Below are positions 55,619 through 64,000 of a stretch of DNA of 64,000 bases, piece by piece; the first letter of the stretch is position 1, and each line of letters starts with the position of its first letter. Location of the stretch: contig NC_043002.1 of NCBI RefSeq assembly GCF_006345805.1, forward strand, positions 65,410,001-65,474,000, read 5' to 3'. The notes beneath the pieces are model-generated. The model was not told the origin of the DNA, did not search any database, and saw nothing but the letters and a program-made list of their open reading frames with translations. This stretch comes from Octopus sinensis (lineage: Eukaryota). The position numbers were made by a program, and so were the translations under genes.

Positions 55619-55669
<51 letters not shown>

Positions 55670-55670
<1 letters not shown>

Positions 55671-55949
55671 AGGAAGAAAATGGAGAAGATAAAATAGAAA
55701 TAAGATGTGATCTCACAACTTCTGGATATAATCTTGGACCTTACTTTTTTGTTTTTATATTTTTTTAATTCTCACCATTATGGACTCTCTGATGAAGCTT
55801 GGATTTCAATATTTGTATACTTTTTGTATGATGTGTCAACTTTGGCATGCTGTATGAATAGAGTTATATTTATTTATGTTTATGATTGTAATTAATAAAT
55901 AGATCTTGCTGATGTTTCTCTATTAAATATCTTCTCCATTTTCTTCCTT
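55670..55949. repeat. Element with perfect 22-bp terminal inverted repeats next to (TA)n
   Basis: aaggaagaaaatggagaagata (55670-55691) / tatcttctccattttcttcctt (55928-55949); internal CTGATGA at 55789. Confidence 0.7.
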
Positions 55950-56160
55950 CTCTAATACATTCTTGATAAACTTTCGTTCACCTACACTTGTACCTATTAT
56001 TCAACTGTACTATAGCCTTGAAGCAGTAAGCTTTTCGATATAGATCTGTATAACATCAATAGTATATTGGATATTATCCCTTAGATGGTTGTCTAACTTC
56101 TAACTCATGTATACGTAATTATATAATTTTATATATATATAATTTTATATAAATATATAT

Positions 56161-56370
56161 AGGGAGAGTTTACGAAATAAAAGACGAAGACAGGTGGTGT
56201 ACAAAACAAACAGATTTATTAGTATAACGCTCGGGAATTGAAAAAGTTTTTTTGCGTTTCGAGCCTACGCTCTTCTACAGAAAGGGACACAGAAAAAACA
56301 AGGAGAGAAACAAGGGGAGAAAAAGGAAGAGAATAAAATGTGTGTAGTGGCTAACGATTTATCATGGCGA
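56161..56370 (-). mobile_element. Penelope-pLTR-like fragment in (TA)n with minimal hammerhead-like motif (56248-56284)
   Basis: Minus strand: uuu CUGUAGAa gagc-guag-gcuc GAAAC GCA aaa, followed downstream by AATAAA; (TA)n on both sides. Confidence 0.5.
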
Positions 56371-56396
56371 TATATATAAATATATATATATATATA

Positions 56397-56658
56397 ATCG
56401 TGGCACTCCGTTGGTTTCAAAGACGAGGGTTCCAGTTGATCCGATGAACAGAACAGCCTGATCGTGAAATTACCGTGTAAGTGACTGAGCACTCCACAGA
56501 CACCTGTCCCATTAACGTAGTTCGCGGGGAAGTTCAGCGTGACACAATGTGTGACAAGGCTGGCCCCTTTGAAATACAGGTACAACAGAAACAGAAAGAA
56601 AGTGTGAGAGAAAGTTGTGGTGAAAGAATTCAGCAGGGTTCACCACCACCCCCGGGGG
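56397..56658. mobile_element. Probable interspersed-repeat fragment (SINE/LINE tail) between (TA)n tracts
   Basis: GC-richer island with sharp microsatellite borders; family not assignable from this window alone. Confidence 0.35.
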
Positions 56659-56685
56659 TGTATATATATGCATGTATATATATAT

Positions 56686-56797
<112 letters not shown>

Positions 56798-56822
56798 GCT
56801 ATCTTATGTATATAACATACTC

Positions 56823-57412
56823 AGGGTACATGTGTCGTTACTTCACGGGTCGGGTCCGGTTTTTAAGCGTAATAGATTATATGGTCTGTGCGCCTGGTAT
56901 AAAATATTCACCTGGGAGCAGGTCACAATTAAGCGAGGCATCTCACATCAAGTCTTTTCTCAGAGCGGCAGACATCGATGTTTCGGCATTCTTTTGACTT
57001 ATAAATTCCGTATACCGAACAAGGCTAGCTGCAGGCCATATGGCTGACTGTAATTATATGCTAAGTGATTTCGACACCATATAGTGGCATGTCCCAACGT
57101 TTCTGCTATGGGAAAAATTGAAATATGATTTAGGAACAGGTCGAGAGGTATATATACACAATCGAACACATATACGTACACAGTCACAGTCGAGTATATG
57201 GCTTGCAATGGGCCTTGCTCGGTATGAGGCATTCATAAGTCAGAACAATGAGGAGACATCGATGTCTGTCAGTCCGAGAAAGGACCTGATGTGAGTTGCC
57301 ACGCTTGACTGACTTATTTTCACGTCTTTGTTTATTAAACCAGGCGCATAGAGAAAATATTCTTACGCCTAAAAAACGTAGCCTATCCACAAACAAACAA
57401 CACACATACCCT
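56823..57412. repeat. Diverged ~230-bp inverted repeat pair with ~130-bp spacer
   Basis: Arms 56823-57051 and 57186-57412; the similarity shows even in the opposite-strand ORFs (LCAW..KRG.SHQV.S...RHRC). Confidence 0.85.
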
Positions 57413-57699
57413 ATGTATCTGTGCTCAATTTTGCTTATGTATATATATCCCCAATAGTTCATATATCCGAAGAGGAAGAGCACTATAAATCATTAGAGCA
57501 GTAATGAATTTTTTAAGGAAGTTAGAAGTAATGGCCGATCATAGAATGAACTTTGGTTTCGCATCTATAAACCGCTTAACAATATAGGCGACTCATCAGA
57601 CTCAAATAGCTAAAGTAGCATAAGCTCTCTACAACAGGCGGAAGAAACAAGGCAACAGTCTGTTGGTTTTCTAAACAAAAAATACTAGTACCTGCAAAG

Positions 57700-58550
57700 C
57701 GGGAGGGGTTATTCCTCTTATATTGTCTCTGGCCATGGTGACATTCAATGGTGCTGTAGCTGGACTATTCAACAAATAGGGGAATTCTTAGTGTTAGGTA
57801 AGAAATATTTTAGATGAAGGCATTGACTGAATACTACTTTCCTTGAGTTTAAAAAGGTCCATGAACCCCTCTCAGCCAAGCAAAGCTAACATCATGTGCT
57901 CCCGCTTATATAAGCCTGTGCTTGTTTAAAGAGCTTCCATTTTGATTATGTATGAGGTTTCCTTTCTTTTAAGCGTCGCACTTGGCTGGCCAGAGAAGTG
58001 ATGTTGCGTCTATGCGCTATATTAAAAGAGGGGTTGTGCTTGTTCGGGCGTTGCTTAAACGGGGCGCAACTAAACCAACATATTTTCGTGTTTGCGTATT
58101 GGATATGCTACGACCGACGATGTTTCTTTCGTTAGCTCCGTTTCTGATGTCGTCGTTGTTGTTACTGGATTTGTTGGCAGTGTTAATATTCTTGAATGTG
58201 ATCTTGGTGGATCTGTTGTTGCTGGCATGGCAGCTATTTCCGGCTGCAAAGTTGTTATTGCTGCTGCAGTCATAAGTGTTGATATTGTTGTCCCTACTGC
58301 TTGCAGTGTTGTTGTCGCTACTGCTATCGACGCTACTATCGGTCATGTTTCTGCAGTTCTCAGAAGATGCATCGTTATTTAGGCTGTTATTTGGGCCACC
58401 GCCGTCATTGTTGTTGACATTGTTGTTGTCTGCGGATGTGTTTAGGCTGATGCTCTATTGCAACGGCGGCCAAGCCGCGAGCAGAGGCAGGATGCTCATG
58501 TAGATTATACAATAGCTGCCGAGTAGGGTTCGATGCATAGTCAAGGGGTA
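57700..58550 (-). mobile_element. Probable 5' region (Asn/Ser-rich N-terminus) of a decayed R4/Dong-type element
   Basis: Stop-interrupted N-rich frame, then RKYVGLVAPRL / KHNPSFN..SLASQVRRLKERNLI resembling the clade's N-terminal motif; adjoins an (AAT)n/(GAA)n array. Confidence 0.4.
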
Positions 58551-58556
58551 CGTGTA

Positions 58557-58685
58557 TAATAATAATAATATTATTAACAAGAAGAAGAAGAAGAAGAGAA
58601 GAAGAAGAAGAGGGAGAAGAAGAAGAAGAAGAAGAAGAAGAAGAAGAAGAAGAAGAAGAACAACAACAACAACAACAACAACAAT
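58557..58685. repeat. Compound (AAT)n-(GAA)n-(CAA)n microsatellite
   Basis: Direct reading. Confidence 0.95.
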
Positions 58686-59480
58686 AGTTTCAAATTATGC
58701 CACAAGGGCGTCAATATTGGGGGAGGGGATGAGTCAATTACATCGATCCTAGCTTTCAACTGGTATCATTTCTATCGACCCCGAAAGTCGACCTCAGCGA
58801 AATTTGAACTCATAATGTAGCGACGGGTGAAATATAGCTAAGCATTTCGTCCAGCGTGCTAACGATTCTACTATAGACACAAGGCCTGAAATTTTGGGGA
58901 ATGGACTAGTCGATTACATCGAGTTCAGTTTTCAATAGTACGTGATTTATCGACCCAGAAAGGATGAAAGGCAATGTCGACTTAGGTGGAATTTGAACGC
59001 AGAACGGAGCAACGGGTGAAACACTGCTAAACATTTCGCCCAAAATGCTAACAATTCTGCTAGCTCGCCGCTTTAATAATAATCCTTTCTACTATAGGCA
59101 CGAGGCCTGAAATTCTGATGATGGGACTAGTCGATTAGATCGACTCCAGTACTCAACTAGTATTTATTTTGTCAACCCCAAATAGATGAAAGCAAAGTCG
59201 ACTTCGGCGAAATTTAAACCCAGAAGGTAGCGGCATGCTAACGATTCTTATTTCTTTATTGCCCACAAGGGGCTATACCCAGAGAGGACAAACAAGGACA
59301 GACTTACGGATTAAGTCGATTATATCGACCCTAGTGCGTAACTGGTACTTATTTAATCGACCCCGAAAGGATGAAAGGCAAAGTCGACCTCGGCGGAATT
59401 TGAACTCAGAAAGTAGCGGCAGACGAAATACCGCTAAGCATTTCGCCCGTCGTGCTAACGATTCTGCCATCTCACTCGCG
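58686..59480 (-). mobile_element. Tandem cluster of four family A SINE units
   Basis: Repeated core and head motifs, all on the minus strand. Confidence 0.85.
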
Positions 59481-59869
59481 TTATAATCAAAATAAATAAT
59501 GAGAGTAGAGAATTAATATTTATAACGATGACGGTGATGAACATGATGATGTTGGTGGGCATTTGACGATGACAACGATGATGACTATCTGGATTTCAGA
59601 TATTTACAAAAGCTCAAACAGTTTTGAAGATGTTTGCAGACGATTATATCGACTCCGTTGGGATTTAGACTGAGAAACGAAGAAGAACCGAATCTAAAAT
59701 AACATCGCAATGCATTTTGTCTGACACTCCGCCGAATCTTCCTAAATCCTGTGAGAATAGATGAATAGATGAACAGAAAAGATATCAGCAGCTTATTATC
59801 TCCGATATCTTAATATATTATAATACTCCAACAAGCTTTAATACAAACACCATGTCAGGTATATGTACA

Positions 59870-59917
59870 CAGACACATGCATACACACACATACTTGCAC
59901 ATACAAACACACTCACG

Positions 59918-59964
<47 letters not shown>

Positions 59965-60119
59965 TATATATATATACATACATCATATATATGTATTTAT
60001 GTTTGAATGTTCGTGTGAATGTATGTAGATACACATACACACACACACGTACACACACGTATACATCCATATATTGCCTACATATACACCTGCATATATC
60101 TATATAAGTATATCTATTC

Positions 60120-60155
<36 letters not shown>

Positions 60156-60161
60156 ATATAT

Positions 60162-60206
<45 letters not shown>

Positions 60207-60274
60207 TATATATATATATATATGAATATATATATATATATACTTACGTCCGTATACAAATGCATAAAAACATT

Positions 60275-60315
<41 letters not shown>

Positions 60316-60610
60316 GAGCATATGTGTGTATGTGTGTGTGTACTGTAGTAAGATTATTCTAACGAATCAATTCATCAAGCGGACATGTAGAGCTTAGCAA
60401 GAAACTCCAGTGATTATTGGAAAATCAATTGGACCACCATTGTTGAACGGTAGGAAACGTATTGTGAAGAAAATTAAGATTTTCCTGATTTGCGTGTGTT
60501 CAGAAGAATTCGTGAGTGACTGACGACACATTGATACATATACAAATCTATACGTGCATATACACGTATGTTTACAGCTATATGTAACTGTGTGTTTGTG
60601 TGTGTATGTA

Positions 60611-60641
<31 letters not shown>

Positions 60642-60883
60642 ATGTGAGCGTACATATAGTTATCTGGCTATAATTGTGATTACTTACATATAAATCACAG
60701 TTACAGACATTTATATAAAACACATGTAAAATCACACACATATATATATATAAACTCGTGCGCGCACGCACACACACACACAAATGCACACACATACTCA
60801 CGCACACGTCCACAAGCATACACACACATATTTATATTTCTATATAAATGTATAAATACATATAGGTAAACATATATATGTAT

Positions 60884-60922
<39 letters not shown>

Positions 60923-61000
60923 ATATATATATATATACACACACAAACAGACACACGCCCACTCATATATTTATAGGTAAATATATATACATATATAAAG
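59870..61000. repeat. (TA)n/(CA)n/(TG)n microsatellite block
   Basis: Direct reading. Confidence 0.9.
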
Positions 61001-61482
61001 AATCACCTATACGCAGATAAGTTCGACAATGACTCTCGTTGCAAACGTTGTCGAACGATAATTGGTTTTATATAAATGTATATCTTTTGCGAACAGACTT
61101 GTGTGTGCTTGTCATTGCTGGCATGCCTTTGCGTCGCTTTATATATCTTTATGTATGTTTGATTATGTTCCACCCCATATATAGTGTCTGTAGTGTTTGC
61201 ATATACTTATGCACGTATGCACATATTTATGCACGTATATATGCAGGGTATTTACCCAGTCATAGACAGGTGATGTTAATAATTTTTTTGTGACTTCGAA
61301 TGTCTTATATGTATCTTCCGTAGTTTAATACACACACGCACATAGATGCTAACACACATATACATATAGCGTGTGTGTGTGTGTGTACACAAACATACAC
61401 ATTTACGCACACACTTGTTTTCAATGAGGCTTGACCCTAGAATTCATAGGTTCAAAGTTTACACAATGTACGACAAATATTC

Positions 61483-61745
61483 TTTTTTAGTAAGGATCGT
61501 TTGCCAACATAACATGGCAGTCCTGGTTTAGGACTAATGTTGCTGTAATTTAGCCCCAGGAGACTGATGAAGATAACATAACCCAGAAATCGCGATACAC
61601 AGATATTGTTTTGAGCTGAGTGGTGGGTGCTAGATTCCCTTGTTCGAAAATATAAGGACACAGCTCGTGTCGTATGGCCAGCTGCAGAGGCTGGGGCTAA
61701 ACCAGGACTGCCATGTTACGTTGACAAACAATCTTTACTACAAAG
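61483..61745 (+). mobile_element. Inverted-repeat-bounded element with hammerhead-like core (61564-61597)
   Basis: ~48-bp arms 61483-61531 / 61697-61745 (taacatggcagtcctggtttag is a perfect match); CUGAUGA ... GAAA ucgcga UA. Confidence 0.6.
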
Positions 61746-61805
61746 TTCTGTTGCTGAATATCTCACGTTGTAAGGTTTAGAAATAGTAATTTTCAAATAT
61801 TCTTT

Positions 61806-61992
61806 TCTTCTCTAGGCACAAGGCCCGAAACTTTTGGGGGAGAGGGCCAGTCGATTAGATGTACACCAGTATGCTACTGGTATTAATCAACGACCCGAAA
61901 GGATGAAAGGCTAAGTTGACCTCGGTGGAATTTGAACTCAAAATGTAAAGACAGACGATATACCGCTAAGCATTTCGCCCGCCCTGCTAATG
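61806..61992 (-). mobile_element. Family A SINE monomer
   Basis: aggcacaaggcccgaaa..gacccgaaaggatgaaaggc..ggaatttgaactca..taccgctaagcatttcgccc. Confidence 0.8.
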
Positions 61993-63635
61993 TACGGTAA
62001 ATCTTACAACAAAAGAGACAACGTAAAACGTGGTGTAATAATTGGTTTAACACTCATTTAAAGATTAAGAAGGTGGTGGTGGGGAGTTTGAAGTTTCAAG
62101 CTTCAAATATTACTCAGAAACTTTGATAGACGAAGTGTAGTGGAACGAAAAAATAAGCAGGTGTAACAAAAACATGTGTATCGTTCTATATAAATTCTAT
62201 AGAATTAATGCGTGTATATGAGTGGCCTGCTGTATTTAGTATTCTACCAAGACATCCACGTTAAGATAGATATAAAGATTGTTTTTTTGGTACTAATACT
62301 GCTTCCGTCGCTAATAGTTTTATCTTTTTTTACAAGCCTGTGATTTAGTGACTAACAAGACACTAATATTTGCGACTTCAATAACAAAAGGAGACTACTA
62401 TTTTATGTATCGCGGCAGCTAGATTCGGCTGGCATGCGGTCATTGGATCCCTGCCACTGAAGAAATGCAGGACACTAAGTTCACGTAATCTGGGTATTGT
62501 GGTACCCATAGCAGAAAAATTCTCGTCTGCTACGATATATGTCTTTTCTTTTATGCTTCATGCGTTTAAATGAGAGGACCTCTCTAGGGTAAAAGCGCAG
62601 TATTCGGCGTCCCAACAAGATATCCGTTGGGTATAAAGATCGCATTATATATGTGTGTGTGTGTGTGTGTGTGAGTGTGTGTGTATGTGTGTGTGTGTGC
62701 TTGTGTGTGTGTCTACGTGTATACGCACCTAATCCAACTACACACTGTTATAGATAGATAAATACATACATACATACATACATACATATACATACATACA
62801 TACATACATACATACATACATACATACATACATACATGGTGAGTGTGGAAATCGAAAAGAGATGAAAAGAAACCGAACTTTATATTTTGTTAGAATGTAC
62901 ATACATGCGTATTCAAATAATATGTTAAATTGCAAGCTACTGTCATTGAACAGCTAAGGAACATATCAAGTATTCGATACATTTTCTTCAACGTTCATAC
63001 ACTACCTCTATTTTTCCTGTTATTGTCCTAAATGTTTTACTTTCTATCATTTTACAATCCCAAACACCAAATCATATGGTGCCTCTGTTTTTGATACGTT
63101 TCATTCTTTGAATAGGTTAGTTTTTCCAAGTTTGCACTGAAGTCCAACTTCATCTTATCAAAGATGGTGTGGAAAATAGGAAATACTTTAGAATTGTGTT
63201 TTGTTTTCTATAATAAGTTTATTTCACAATTCATTTTCATGTGTTGGGTGAGTTCAAGTGATATTCAGTACAAAATATAAACTCAATTAAACGAGAAACG
63301 ATGAGAAATTGAAATACTCTTACGTGTGTTGGTTGAAGAAGTAAAATTTCTATCATATATTACAGGTTGCAGCAATTCTTTGTCTTAAATTTACATAAAT
63401 ATTGACAATGTATTTCAAGCGGAATATTAAGTTTGTTCGCTTGTTCTTTTATTTGTTAAAACTACATTTAATATCGATGGAATCTCAAAGTGAATGAATC
63501 ATCTAATTCCATATCATTCGATCATCACATAATTGTTATCATGCAGAGTATAATACACTACCGGGAAGATTGTGTATGGCAAAATACCTTGTGTTATACA
63601 TGCTGTAACAACTATATATTTCAATGTGTGGAGAT

Positions 63636-63850
63636 TTGTAAGATATAAATATTATAAGAATTGTAAGATATAAATATTATAAGAATTGCGTTGATTGTAA
63701 GGCATGGAATATATAATAAGATATAACCACAGGTAATAAATATAGTAACTATAAATTATGCATGTTGTAAGTCATGTGTTGCATTCATAAATTAGGGCAT
63801 AAATATAAGAACCCATTAATGGGGTAGGCATAAATATTATAATCCATCAA
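63636..63850. repeat. 25-bp tandem duplication with further decayed units
   Basis: ttgtaagatataaatattataagaa x2 (63636-63685); later ggcataaatat(t)ataa variants. Confidence 0.7.
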
Positions 63851-64000
63851 ACTGGTAAATCGTGTATGAAATATTCTTAAGTATTTGCTCACTTCTATTA
63901 ATCAACAGTATTTTATTCCATATATATTTGCGAATATATTTCTTTATAAGTAACAATGCATTAGAAATAAAACAAGGGAAATAGGAATAAATATAGCAAC

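Noticed and set aside
58017-58346. Asn/Ser-rich ORF as a host protein exon
   Set aside because: In-frame stops up- and downstream, no good splice sites; better explained as a decayed retroelement leader or low-complexity DNA
60398-60511. Possible plus-strand exon ending at GTGAGT
   Set aside because: No polypyrimidine tract and no recognisable peptide
62451-62480. CTGAAGA within a cctgc/gcagg hairpin as a hammerhead (similarly 5533 and 31580)
   Set aside because: No properly placed stem II/GAAA/stem III

Overview
AT-rich, microsatellite-dense eukaryotic DNA, most likely intronic or intergenic sequence from an octopus-like cephalopod (inferred from the SINE families and the (TA)n/(AAT)n load). 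I cannot support any intact host protein-coding gene; most listed ORFs are microsatellite artefacts. The window is a transposon graveyard. It holds a GC-rich RTE LINE fragment and at least eight decayed R4/Dong-type (restriction-like endonuclease) non-LTR retrotransposon pieces from several families, stacked in (AAT)n arrays. It also holds two TIR-bounded mariner elements, a Tc1-like (DD35E-spaced) remnant, a piggyBac 5' end, Helitron/Helentron-type and hAT-type MITEs, and three tRNA-derived SINE families. The most interesting signal is a set of mutually unrelated, small non-coding elements, mostly next to (TA)n/(TG)n tracts. They are bounded by direct or inverted repeats and carry minimal type-I hammerhead-ribozyme-like cores (CUGAnGA...GAAA with palindromic stem III), resembling Penelope pseudo-LTR or retrozyme units. 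All structures were read by eye, so coordinates of decayed elements are approximate.
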